NCBI GenBank assembly: GCA_028687275.1
Contig: JAQUAK010000003.1
Span: 5,547-69,546 of the forward strand
Length of the DNA stretch: 64,000 nt
Reading direction: 5' to 3'
From: Patescibacteria group bacterium
GTDB lineage: Bacteria; Patescibacteriota; Patescibacteriia; Patescibacteriales; UBA12465
Shown here in pieces: positions 27,484 to 37,086 of this stretch. Position 1 is the stretch's first letter, and the number at the start of each line of letters is the position of its first letter. Under the pieces are notes generated by a model. The model was not told the DNA's origin. It did no database searches and saw only the letters and a list, made by a program, of their open reading frames with translations. A program made the position numbers and the translations under genes.

Positions 27484-28857
27484 ATGTCTAATTATTCAGG
27501 AAAATTTATCGTCATTGATGGCACCGATGGTAGCGGTAAAACCACTCAATTACAGCTTTTAGCCAGCAAACTCTCAGCTGAGCGTTATGACGTGGAAATT
27601 GCTGATTTTCCTCAATATAATACTAAATCTGCCGGCATGGTGGAAGAATACCTATCCGGTAAATATGGTGGCGCTGACGATGTCAATCCTTATGCCGCTT
27701 CTATTTTTTATGCAATTGATCGCTTTGATGCCAGCAAGCAGATTCGTGAATGGCTAAAACAAGGTAAAATTGTTATTTCTAACCGCTATATTTCTGCTAG
27801 TTTTGCCCATCAGGGTGGGAAAATAGACAATCCACTAGAACGCAAACTATTTTTTAATTGGTTAAGCGAAATCGAATACAAAATTTTTAATATACCTAAG
27901 CCAGATTTATCGCTAATCCTACACGTTGAAGCTGAGGTTTCTCAAAAAATGGCTAAAGATCGTCAACGTGAAGATTGGAAAGGTAAAACTAAAGACATCC
28001 ACGAAGATAATTTACAACATTTAAAAAAGGCTGAGAAAGCCTATATTGATATTGCCCAGAATCTACCAGATTTTAAATTAATTAAATGTACTCGTAACGG
28101 CGAAATCATGAGCCGTGAAGATATTCATTACCTTGTCTGGTTGCACGCTAATCGTATTATAAGCGTTGGCAGTAGTCAAAGAAAGCCTGATTTTCAAGCC
28201 ATGAGCGATTTATTAGTTAGTAAGGGCAAGTTGGGTCCTAATTTACCAGAATTAGCCCATACACCTAAAATTTCTGTTGACCAAATGCCAAGCCAAACAC
28301 TAAGCGTCAGCCAAGAGAGAGCTTTGGCTGCTCACCCCGAAGATGAAGAAAATATAGGGACTACAAAATTAATAAACTCTGAAGCGAAAATTAAAATCAA
28401 CGAAGAATCTACATTTACCTCAAACGATGTTTTAAGAGAAATTATAGTGGAGCGCTTACAAACAAATTCTAAATTACCAACACGATCACACGTGCATGAT
28501 GCCGGGCTTGATTTATATGCTGCTGAAGATTGTTCAATTCCTCCTTATGGTCAAGATACTATTGCTACCGGCATTAAAATTGCTATTCCCACCGGCTACG
28601 TTGGATTGATTTGGGATAAAAGTGGCTTAGCCAGTCAGGGCTTTACCACCATGGGTGGCGTAATTGATGCCAGTTATCGTGGTGAAATAAAAGTTGTTTT
28701 TAAAAATCTTAGTGAAGATATATATAATATTCAAACCGGACAAAAAATTGCACAGCTACTTATTCAAAAAATTACCACCCCTACCATTAAAGAGGCTAAA
28801 GTGGAAGATAACAGCAGTCGCGGCGAAGATGGTTTTGGTAGCACTGGACTTTTTTAA
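27484..28857 (+). CDS. Fusion protein: thymidylate kinase (N-terminal) plus dUTP diphosphatase (C-terminal)
   Basis: The N-terminal ~210 aa has IVIDGTDGSGKTTQ and the SNRY motif of Tmk. The C-terminal ~140 aa carries dUTPase motifs AGLDLYA, GLIWDKSGLA, GVIDASYRGEI and RGEDGFGSTG. One uninterrupted 457-aa frame with a linker of about 100 aa. Confidence 0.9.
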   Translation: MSNYSGKFIVIDGTDGSGKTTQLQLLASKLSAERYDVEIADFPQYNTKSAGMVEEYLSGKYGGADDVNPYAASIFYAIDRFDASKQIREWLKQGKIVISNRYISASFAHQGGKIDNPLERKLFFNWLSEIEYKIFNIPKPDLSLILHVEAEVSQKMAKDRQREDWKGKTKDIHEDNLQHLKKAEKAYIDIAQNLPDFKLIKCTRNGEIMSREDIHYLVWLHANRIISVGSSQRKPDFQAMSDLLVSKGKLGPNLPELAHTPKISVDQMPSQTLSVSQERALAAHPEDEENIGTTKLINSEAKIKINEESTFTSNDVLREIIVERLQTNSKLPTRSHVHDAGLDLYAAEDCSIPPYGQDTIATGIKIAIPTGYVGLIWDKSGLASQGFTTMGGVIDASYRGEIKVVFKNLSEDIYNIQTGQKIAQLLIQKITTPTIKEAKVEDNSSRGEDGFGSTGLF

Positions 28858-28864
28858 GATTAAC

Positions 28865-28885
28865 GCCCCAAATTGGGGCTTTTTT
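28865..28885 (+). terminator. Rho-independent terminator of the thymidylate operon
   Basis: GCCCC-AAATT-GGGGC followed by TTTTTT. Confidence 0.75.
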
Positions 28886-28941
28886 CTTAATAAACCCAAA
28901 ATACTTTCCTGAAAAGGTATTTTCCAGTAAAATAGAGATAT

Positions 28942-30450
28942 ATGAAATATGATGTAATTATCGGCCTGGAAATCCATGCTGAACTAAAAACAAAAAGCAA
29001 GATGTTTTGCTCTTGCGATAATGACTCAAAAGGCAAGGCGCCTAACACAACTGTCTGCCCTATCTGCCTTGGTCATCCTGGCACCCTGCCAACACCAAAC
29101 AAACAAGCAATTGATTGGACGCTTTTAATTGGCCTAGCCTTAGATTGTCAGATTAATAAAAATTCTAAATTTGATCGTAAGAACTATTTCTATCCTGACC
29201 TACCGAAGGGTTACCAGATTTCTCAGTATGACCAACCTTTCTGCTATCAAGGCAGTTTAGATATTGGCGATAAAAAAATAGATATCACTCGTGTTCATTT
29301 AGAAGAAGATACTGGTAAATCTTTTCACCCCCAAGAAAGTAAGGATACTTTAATTGATTTCAATCGTGCCGGAACACCTTTAGTGGAGTTAGTGAGTGAA
29401 CCCGTTATTGAGAGCGCTGAAGAAGCAAAATTATTTTGCCAAGCCTATCAGCGAATTCTGCGCTTTCTTGATGTTAGTAATGCAGATATGGAAAAAGGTG
29501 AGATGCGTTGTGAGGCTAACATCAGTTTACAAAAAAAGGGGGCTTGGGAATATCGTGATGGCTTAATTATTGCCAAAGGCAAGAGAGCATTGAATGCTAA
29601 AGTGGAAGTTAAAAATATTAATTCTTTCCGTGCAGTTGAAAAAGCAATTAATTATGAAATTCAAAGACAAGGCGAGGCCTTAGATAATAAAAAGGAAATA
29701 ATTCCTGAAACAAGAGGTTGGGATGAGAAAAAAGGTGTGACCGTAGCCCAGCGTCGTAAAGAAAGTGCCGCTGATTATCGCTACTTTCCTGAACCAGATA
29801 TCCCAGCAATTATTATTGACGAGGCCTGGTTAAATAAAATTAAATTAAATTTAGTAGAATTACCAGGAACAAAAAAGAAACGTTTTGAACAACAATATGG
29901 TCTAAAAGCTGATAGCGCCGAAACAATTGCTAATGACAAGGATTTAGCTTCATTTTTTGAAAATGTAATGTCAGAGATGGGTGCTTGGATTGAAGCTACT
30001 GGTGATAATTTTGAACGTCAAGATAAAAATGCCGCACAAATGGCAGCTAACTGGATTATTAGTGAGCTCTTGAAAAACTTAAATAAAGACAAACGCAGCG
30101 CGATCGATTTAAAGATGACTGCCGAAAATTTTGCTGAACTTTTGACTTTAATTTGGCAAAATAAAATTAACTCTAATGCTGGACAAAGAATTTTAGAAAT
30201 AATGTATTGGGAGGGTGGAGACCCAACTGATATTATGGAAAAATTAGGACTGGAGCAATTAGATGATAGCGAAGAATTAGAGAAAGCAATTAGATTAGTT
30301 ATTGCTAGCAACCAAAAACAAGCCCAAGAATATAAAGCCGGCAAGCTTCCTCTGATTCAATTCTTTGTTGGCAAAGTTATGGCTGAGACCAAAGGTAAAG
30401 CTAATCCGGAAATACTGCGACCACTCCTAGAAAAAATATTAAGTGAATAA
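28942..30450 (+). CDS. gatB: Asp/Glu-tRNA(Asn/Gln) amidotransferase subunit B
   Basis: 502 aa with YDVIIGLEIHAELKT, the KMFCSC...CPICLGHPGTLP zinc motif and the C-terminal YqeY/GatB domain. Confidence 0.95.
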   Translation: MKYDVIIGLEIHAELKTKSKMFCSCDNDSKGKAPNTTVCPICLGHPGTLPTPNKQAIDWTLLIGLALDCQINKNSKFDRKNYFYPDLPKGYQISQYDQPFCYQGSLDIGDKKIDITRVHLEEDTGKSFHPQESKDTLIDFNRAGTPLVELVSEPVIESAEEAKLFCQAYQRILRFLDVSNADMEKGEMRCEANISLQKKGAWEYRDGLIIAKGKRALNAKVEVKNINSFRAVEKAINYEIQRQGEALDNKKEIIPETRGWDEKKGVTVAQRRKESAADYRYFPEPDIPAIIIDEAWLNKIKLNLVELPGTKKKRFEQQYGLKADSAETIANDKDLASFFENVMSEMGAWIEATGDNFERQDKNAAQMAANWIISELLKNLNKDKRSAIDLKMTAENFAELLTLIWQNKINSNAGQRILEIMYWEGGDPTDIMEKLGLEQLDDSEELEKAIRLVIASNQKQAQEYKAGKLPLIQFFVGKVMAETKGKANPEILRPLLEKILSE

Positions 30451-30465
30451 GACATAAATATTAAT

Positions 30466-30492
30466 AAAAGCCGCTCAAAAAAGCGGCTTTTA
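30466..30492. terminator. Bidirectional terminator
   Basis: AAAGCCGCT / AGCGGCTTT stem between convergent gatB and miaA. Confidence 0.75.
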
Positions 30493-30520
30493 TTATATAA
30501 AAATTCAATACTCAAGTTAA

Positions 30521-31453
30521 TTATAAGTAATCGTTAATTAATTCCTCTGCCTCTGCCTGATTATTAACCCAATTAATTTTTCTTCCCTGCTTTTCCCAGC
30601 GCTTAAACCATGTTTTCTGGCGCTTAGCAAAACGATAGGAAGCATCACTAAGCTTGGCAACCATTTCCTCATAACTTAATTTCTCTAATAAGTAATAGGA
30701 AATAAACTTATACTCTAAACCAAAAGAAATAAGTCGTTGCCAGCTAAGGCCATCCGCATGTAAACCTTCAACTTCGGCCACCATACCTTCATTGTCCAAA
30801 CGATCATTAATTCTTTTTATAATTCGCTCACGTAATATCTCATCAGGCCAATTAAGTCCAATTAATAAAAATTCATATTTGGGTTCTTGTTTTTTTGGCA
30901 ACTCTCCGCCCTGTTCAAATATTTCCAAATAACGGACTAAACGTCGAGGATTAAGCTTATCGCTATTATTAAGTTTACGAGCAAAATCGGGTTTTAATTT
31001 TTCTAAACGTAAGTATAAATCATCTCTACTTAAAGACTCCAATTCCTGACGCTTAGCCTCATTAGGCTTAACTTCACTCAATTCATAATTATCAACTAAA
31101 GCTTGCAAGTACAGACCAGTGCCCCCAACAATAATTGGTAATTTCTTTCTAGCACATATATCACTCAAAGCCTGATTAGCTAATTTTGTATACTTAGCTA
31201 AATTAAACTCAATATTAGGAGAAACAATATCAATTAAATGATAGGGTGTCTTTTTGTCATTTAATTCGTACTCAGCTAAATCTTTTCCTGTTCCAATATC
31301 CATGCCTTGATACACCTGCCGACTATCAGCGGAGACAATTTCACCATTATATTTATCCGCCAAACGTACACCTAAAGACGTCTTGCCCGAAGCAGTAGGG
31401 CCGAGGATAACTAAGACTAAACTTTTCTGATTATTTTTTAAATTATTAGGCAT
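30521..31453 (-). CDS. miaA: tRNA dimethylallyltransferase
   Basis: 310 aa with P-loop GPTASGKTSL, SADSRQVYQGMDIGTGK and GGTGLYLQAL. Confidence 0.94.
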   Translation of the reverse strand: MPNNLKNNQKSLVLVILGPTASGKTSLGVRLADKYNGEIVSADSRQVYQGMDIGTGKDLAEYELNDKKTPYHLIDIVSPNIEFNLAKYTKLANQALSDICARKKLPIIVGGTGLYLQALVDNYELSEVKPNEAKRQELESLSRDDLYLRLEKLKPDFARKLNNSDKLNPRRLVRYLEIFEQGGELPKKQEPKYEFLLIGLNWPDEILRERIIKRINDRLDNEGMVAEVEGLHADGLSWQRLISFGLEYKFISYYLLEKLSYEEMVAKLSDASYRFAKRQKTWFKRWEKQGRKINWVNNQAEAEELINDYL

Positions 31454-31491
31454 ACTTATGCTAAATTATAAAAATCATTAGTAGTACTTTT

Positions 31492-32793
31492 TTATTTTAC
31501 AAACTCTCCCTCCAAATTATTACTAACTATTTTATTAATTTTTACTTTCACGAAATTACCAATAATATCTTCTAAGCGCATTTCAGTCGGAACAATAAAT
31601 TTAATAGTTTTAAAGCCTGAAGTCTTGCCATAATATTTACCCCTTTTATTTATGCCCTCCGCTAAAACAATTATTTCTTTATCTAAATAACTATCATTAA
31701 TATTTTGGCTATTAACGGCTAAAATATCTAATAAAACTTTTTCACGGCGCTTCTTTTCTTCTCGGCTAACATTGTCTTTCATATTCCAAGAAACTGTACC
31801 TGGCCGAGGGCTATAGATAGAAATAAAAGCCATGTCAAAATTCATCTCTTTGATTAATTTGACTGTATTAAGAAATTGTTTTTTTGTTTCACCAGGGAAA
31901 CCAACAATCACATCAGTGGTAATAATAATTCCCGGCTTAGCCTGTCTGATTTGTTCTATAAGTGAACAAAAGTGAGCAGCTGTATATTTACGATTCATGG
32001 CTTTAAGAATTTCATCATCACCCGACTGCAAAGCAACGTGTAAATGATGACAAATCTTATCAGACGAAGCTAAAACAGCAATCAATTCATCGGATAAATC
32101 TTTAGGATGACTGGAAGAAAAACGTAACCAAAAATCACCCGGCAAAGAAGCTAATACACTTAATAATTTAGGAAAGTTAGTCTGCTTACTCTGATAACTA
32201 TTAACATTTTGAGCAATTAAAATAATCTCCTTATAACCCCGCTTAATCAAAGCTTTAACCTCAGAAACAATGTCACTGGCTGGACGATAGACTTCAGGGC
32301 CACGGGCATAAGGAACAACACAATAAGAACAAAAGTTATTGCAACCATTACCAATTGGCACATAGGCGCTAAAATTACTCTCATACTTTGGCTGAATAGT
32401 TAAATATTTCTCACCACTAATTTTTCTTAACTCATCACTACTTAAAAGATTGTCTGGGCGACAATTATGTAATAATGCCAATAAATTGGGCAACTCATTA
32501 ATCGGCATAAATAAATCAACCTTGCCCGCCAGTCTTTTTTGCACATCCTTACGTTTGGCCAAGCAGCCGGTAATAACAATTGTAGCCTTAGGATTAAGTT
32601 TACGCATACGACCGACTAGTCCATAAACCCTATCTTCAGCCGACTGACGAATACCACAGGTTGTTAGAATAATTAAATCAGCCTGAGGCCAATCATCTTG
32701 TTTAATATAATTATTGTCGTCTAAAAAAGAAGCGATGCGCTCGCTATCGGCCTTATTCATCTGACAACCAAGGGTTAATATGTAATAATGCAT
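31492..32793 (-). CDS. miaB: tRNA methylthiotransferase (radical SAM, MiaB-type)
   Basis: 433 aa with the N-terminal UPF0004 domain (LTLGCQMNKADSE), the radical-SAM CNNFCSYC and a C-terminal TRAM-like domain. Confidence 0.9.
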   Translation of the reverse strand: MHYYILTLGCQMNKADSERIASFLDDNNYIKQDDWPQADLIILTTCGIRQSAEDRVYGLVGRMRKLNPKATIVITGCLAKRKDVQKRLAGKVDLFMPINELPNLLALLHNCRPDNLLSSDELRKISGEKYLTIQPKYESNFSAYVPIGNGCNNFCSYCVVPYARGPEVYRPASDIVSEVKALIKRGYKEIILIAQNVNSYQSKQTNFPKLLSVLASLPGDFWLRFSSSHPKDLSDELIAVLASSDKICHHLHVALQSGDDEILKAMNRKYTAAHFCSLIEQIRQAKPGIIITTDVIVGFPGETKKQFLNTVKLIKEMNFDMAFISIYSPRPGTVSWNMKDNVSREEKKRREKVLLDILAVNSQNINDSYLDKEIIVLAEGINKRGKYYGKTSGFKTIKFIVPTEMRLEDIIGNFVKVKINKIVSNNLEGEFVK

Positions 32794-32797
32794 AATT

Positions 32798-34624
32798 TTA
32801 TTCCGTTACAATCGTGCCTGCTTGAATAATAGGGCTTGAAGTAGCAATGCTATCTAAACGATAAAGACCAAAAGGGCCACGACGCTCGAGTAATTCAATC
32901 TTAAAGCCATAGGGCGGTAAACGCCTTTCGTTTAGATACTGCAAATCTTTAGGCGGAAAGAAAAAATTATAATAATAAACTGGATACTCTTTTAATAAAG
33001 CACCAATACTGGCATTAACATCGTCATTAGTCAACAAAGCATTAACTACACGTCGTTCAGGAAAAAGTTGTTTGTCGTGATACTGAGTAATAATAATTGA
33101 ATTGGCCTCCGTCTCATTTAAGATGCTTAGAGTATTATTACGATCAGTAAAGTGATTGTAATATAAAATTGCTAAGCCCTCCTCAGAACCAAAAAAGGTA
33201 AAGATAGAAAAAATAAAAACTAGAACACCGCTTATCACTATCACCCAAGTAGATTCTAAAGAGCGTTTTATTCCACGCGACCATTTAAAATCAGATCTTA
33301 GCGACATTAAGTTTGCAAATAACTTAGCTAAACTAGTAATGGCGAGTGAAGCTAAAGGAATCGCCATAATATATACAGGCAACCAATAGCGAGTATAAGA
33401 ATTACCAATTGTAAAACGAGTCGGGTCAGGATTATCATTAAACTTCCAGCTACCATAATACAAAACTAAGAGAGAGGATAGGATAAACCAAGCAACTAGA
33501 TAAGCATAAATCCAACGTTGCTGTTTTTTAGCTAGTTTAAATAATAAAAAAATTCCACCTAAGAAAGTTAGACTGCAAAGCACGGGAAACATAGCCAAAA
33601 CATAGTGATAGAACATCCATAAAGATTGACGAGGATGATAACCGAAATAAAAAATATTCTGCCAAATAGTATTAGCGGCACTTTTATACTGAGTAAAATG
33701 ACCAGTTACGGTTGATTGTACAAATTGACCACCCGCTTGTGATAGCTGAACGATTGAACGATTCATTTCGCCATAGCCCCCAAAGAATGGTGATGAATAT
33801 AAAATCTGATTCCAATAGAACAAGGGCAGTAAAGCTAAGATTACCGCTGAAAGCATTAATATTAACCTAGTAAAAGCTAAACGACGGGCATAGAATAACC
33901 ACAGAATAAATAAAGCGGGACCAAGCCATAATAACTCCGAAGTGCGAGCCGTAATAGCGCCACCCAACATAAGACCGGCCATAAGAGCTGCTAAATAACT
34001 CAATATTTCTGCCCTCACTAACTTCAAGCGCCAAAAATTTTTATCTTTTTTAATTTTTTGTAAAAGATCACGCGGAATAATACTTAAACTGGCAAAGAGA
34101 GTAAATCCAAGCAAGAAAATGGTAAATAATATATTATGAAACATGCTCCGAGAGGAATAGAAAAAATAAACCGGGAAAGAGGCCAATAGTAAGGCAGAAA
34201 CAATAGCCTGCTTTGGCCCTAATAAACGTCTGACTAAAGCGTAAAAGAAAATAATGCCCAACGCGCCAAAAAATGGGGTTAAATATGGAATCACTCCTAC
34301 TCCTAAAACAGAAGCAATCTTACCATATACTAAAATTATACCAATAAAGCTAACCGGTTTTAACCAACCATGATCACTACGAATACTACGCGGATGAACT
34401 ATCTCTTCAGCCACTAAATTAGCTGGTTCAAAAACTGCAATTTGTCCAGTTTGAGCATAATGATTAGTGAAAAAATAATTAGAAGTTTCGTCGGGTGATA
34501 AAAACTTCACATAATCATCTTCTTGGGTATAATAATTAAAAGCGGAAGTCGCCACAAAAAAAACCAACGCTATTAGCAGGACTAGAATATTATTCAAATT
34601 TTTGGAAAACCAGCCAAATTTCAT
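32798..34624 (-). CDS. Polytopic membrane protein, GT-C fold glycosyltransferase-like (family 39/ArnT-PMT-like)
   Basis: 608 aa with more than 10 predicted TM helices, a first-loop acidic motif (SPDETSNYFF) and a C-terminal soluble domain. Assignment is by architecture only. Confidence 0.45.
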   Translation of the reverse strand: MKFGWFSKNLNNILVLLIALVFFVATSAFNYYTQEDDYVKFLSPDETSNYFFTNHYAQTGQIAVFEPANLVAEEIVHPRSIRSDHGWLKPVSFIGIILVYGKIASVLGVGVIPYLTPFFGALGIIFFYALVRRLLGPKQAIVSALLLASFPVYFFYSSRSMFHNILFTIFLLGFTLFASLSIIPRDLLQKIKKDKNFWRLKLVRAEILSYLAALMAGLMLGGAITARTSELLWLGPALFILWLFYARRLAFTRLILMLSAVILALLPLFYWNQILYSSPFFGGYGEMNRSIVQLSQAGGQFVQSTVTGHFTQYKSAANTIWQNIFYFGYHPRQSLWMFYHYVLAMFPVLCSLTFLGGIFLLFKLAKKQQRWIYAYLVAWFILSSLLVLYYGSWKFNDNPDPTRFTIGNSYTRYWLPVYIMAIPLASLAITSLAKLFANLMSLRSDFKWSRGIKRSLESTWVIVISGVLVFIFSIFTFFGSEEGLAILYYNHFTDRNNTLSILNETEANSIIITQYHDKQLFPERRVVNALLTNDDVNASIGALLKEYPVYYYNFFFPPKDLQYLNERRLPPYGFKIELLERRGPFGLYRLDSIATSSPIIQAGTIVTE

Positions 34625-34705
34625 AAATAAAAAAGAAGATTACAGCTCTAATTAATAGTAGCCAAAATTGGGCGAATAAGCAAGAATTTGCTATTATATA
34701 CACAT

Positions 34706-36625
34706 ATGAAAAACATCAATTTTAAGCTTAATTTCCCTATTTTCTGGCTAGGTTTAAGCCTATTTATCAGCACCAGCACCTTGGTCTATTTTCTTTATGC
34801 CTTAGATATTATCGGCTTAATCGCCAGTATTTTAATTACTAGCATATTACTTTGGAGCCTAAAACCTTACCTAAAAGATTTAAAATCTAAAACAAACTCA
34901 GATACAAGTTATAAATTTTGGCTATATGGCGTAATTAGTATTTTAGCTACTATATCTGCTTTAATATTAGCTTTTTATGCCCGAACAGATCAAGCCATTA
35001 TCTCTCCCTGGCAGTTAATTAATCCTTGGTTTTTTGTGTTTATCGCCTTAGCTAGTTTATGTCTTTTACTCGCTTTAAAACAGGCAGCCCCTGATACCTG
35101 CAAAAAAATCTTACTTAGCTTTTATTACTTAGGGATCTTTAGTGTGGCCTCCATTATTTATAAACTCGGCTATGGCTTCGACCCTTTTATCCATCAAGCA
35201 GCCATGTTAGAAATAAATAAATATGGCTTTATCCTGCCTAAAAACCCTTATTACTTAGGACAGTATAGTGTGATTATTTTACTGCACAAAATCAGCGGAC
35301 TGAGTCTTTATTTAATTAATCAATGGCTAGTGCCAATAACTAGCGCGCTCCTCTTACCTCAAATCATCTATTATCTGTTTCCTAAAAAAGCTGACAATAA
35401 AAGTGCTTGGCTAAGTAGCCCACTTATAATTTTACTAGGTTTTACGCCTTTAATCATGACTACACCGCAGAATTTCAGCTATCTATTTCTATTAGCAACC
35501 ATTATTTTTATTTATACAAATCTTTCTTGGCCTTTAATTGTTTTTTCAGCCCTAGCCACTTTTGCTATTCACCCTTTAAGTGGTATACCTGCTCTTGCCT
35601 TGGTCACTCTCTTTTTATTACCAAAAATTAAAATTAAAAAACTTTCTTTTAATGCACTTAAACGCTCAGAAATTATTTTTGCTAGCTTATTTTTAATCTT
35701 TTGCCTCACCATTTGGGCAACTTCCGGTTTCAGTCCCTTACATTTAAGTAGCTATAACTTAAGCTTGCTTAATCCCTCTTTTCTAGGACAAGAAAATTTC
35801 ATTCTGAACTTTGTTTACTTCTTTGTGAATAACTATTTTTGGCTCATTTTGGCCGGCGCAATAATTATATTTTTTCAACGTCATCGCCTATGGCCGGATA
35901 TATCCCTTAAGGAAACAAAAACATTGCGCCTACTTAGCTTGGCGGCCTTGGCAGCTATTAGCGCTTATCTAATTAGCCGTGGCTTCTCTTTTGCTAGTTT
36001 AATTAATTATGAACAAGATAATTATGCCGCCCGCCTGCCCATTATTGCTTTAATTCTATTAATCCCAATCTATTGGGAGTTATTCCATTATTTAAGTAAA
36101 CGAGCGCTTAAACAAACTCAAATAATGCAGGTAATTCTGCTTGTGGGCACGGCTATAATTATGACAATTGCTGTTTATGGATCATATCCTCGCTTTGATA
36201 ATTACTTCAATTCCCGAGGATACTCAACCGCTGAGAGTGACATTGAAGCGGTGCATATTGTCGAGAATCTAGCCCAAGGTCAAGCTTACATCACTTTAGC
36301 GAATCAACAAGTCAGCGCCGGCGCCTTACATGAATTTGGTTTTCATAATCGATATCTAAATAATAGAGATCAGCAAGAAATATACTTTTATCCAATTCCC
36401 ACTGGTGGGCCGCTTTATCAATATTACTTAGATATGGTCTATAAGAATGCTAAGCGAGAAACTATGCTTAAGGCGATGGAATTTAGCCAGGTTAATCGCG
36501 CTTATTTAATTATTAATAAATATTGGTGGGCCAGTGATAAGATTATCGCCGAAGCTAAATTAAGTGCCAACTTCTGGCAGAAGATTGATGATGGCAAAGT
36601 TTATATATTTGAATATAGGCAATAA
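34706..36625 (+). CDS. Polytopic membrane protein with C-terminal soluble domain (function unknown, GT-C-like architecture)
   Basis: ~639 aa from the ATG at 34706 (the ORF track begins at a TTG at 34688). It has many TM helices and then a soluble tail of about 150 aa. Confidence 0.5.
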   Translation: MKNINFKLNFPIFWLGLSLFISTSTLVYFLYALDIIGLIASILITSILLWSLKPYLKDLKSKTNSDTSYKFWLYGVISILATISALILAFYARTDQAIISPWQLINPWFFVFIALASLCLLLALKQAAPDTCKKILLSFYYLGIFSVASIIYKLGYGFDPFIHQAAMLEINKYGFILPKNPYYLGQYSVIILLHKISGLSLYLINQWLVPITSALLLPQIIYYLFPKKADNKSAWLSSPLIILLGFTPLIMTTPQNFSYLFLLATIIFIYTNLSWPLIVFSALATFAIHPLSGIPALALVTLFLLPKIKIKKLSFNALKRSEIIFASLFLIFCLTIWATSGFSPLHLSSYNLSLLNPSFLGQENFILNFVYFFVNNYFWLILAGAIIIFFQRHRLWPDISLKETKTLRLLSLAALAAISAYLISRGFSFASLINYEQDNYAARLPIIALILLIPIYWELFHYLSKRALKQTQIMQVILLVGTAIIMTIAVYGSYPRFDNYFNSRGYSTAESDIEAVHIVENLAQGQAYITLANQQVSAGALHEFGFHNRYLNNRDQQEIYFYPIPTGGPLYQYYLDMVYKNAKRETMLKAMEFSQVNRAYLIINKYWWASDKIIAEAKLSANFWQKIDDGKVYIFEYRQ

Positions 36626-36652
36626 AAAAAGGGAATACTTTCGTAATTCCCT
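36624..36652 (-). terminator. Rho-independent terminator of the 86-aa gene
   Basis: On the minus strand, AGGGAAT / ATTCCCT stem followed by TTTTTTT. Confidence 0.6.
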
Positions 36653-36671
36653 CGCATAGATTTAAATTTTT

Positions 36672-36932
36672 TTATTCACTAAAACGTCTACGTCGCCGTC
36701 TCGTTCCAGTAATTAAATTAATAATTGTGCCTCCTTGAAAAATTAGGAGATAGAATAGTAACAGCCAAGCAGCTCTTGCTATCGTTAGATTCTCCCCCAT
36801 TTGAAGGGGTAAAACATTTAATGATTTTAATAATAAAGCAATTATTACTATAATTGCATAGATTATAATCACCTGTCCAATTTCCTTTAGAGAGTTTAAT
36901 TTATCCTCTCTAGTCATTTTTTCTTTTTTCAT
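36672..36932 (-). CDS. Small two-TM membrane protein with poly-Arg tail
   Basis: 86-aa ORF between two terminators, with two hydrophobic helices and a C-terminal RRRRRR. Confidence 0.5.
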   Translation of the reverse strand: MKKEKMTREDKLNSLKEIGQVIIIYAIIVIIALLLKSLNVLPLQMGENLTIARAAWLLLFYLLIFQGGTIINLITGTRRRRRRFSE

Positions 36933-37015
36933 GATTAAATTTTTAAGTACTAAAAGTAGAATATCATATAAATATGATTATGTCAATATTTATCTAATTA
37001 ATACTCTAATATTAA

Positions 37016-37048
37016 ACAAAAACTCCAGACTAAGCTGCTGGAGTTTTT
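37016..37048 (-). terminator. Terminator of the adenylyltransferase-mltG-orphan operon
   Basis: AACTCCAG / CTGGAGTT stem with flanking A-run and T-run. Confidence 0.7.
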
Positions 37049-37086
37049 ATATATCAAGTATTATTTATTTAGGAAGATTAAACCAA

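Noticed and set aside
28886-28941. Weak stem (ATACTTT/AAAGGTAT) in the gatB leader.
   Set aside because: AT-rich with a G-U pair, no T-run and no known motif. Probably insignificant.
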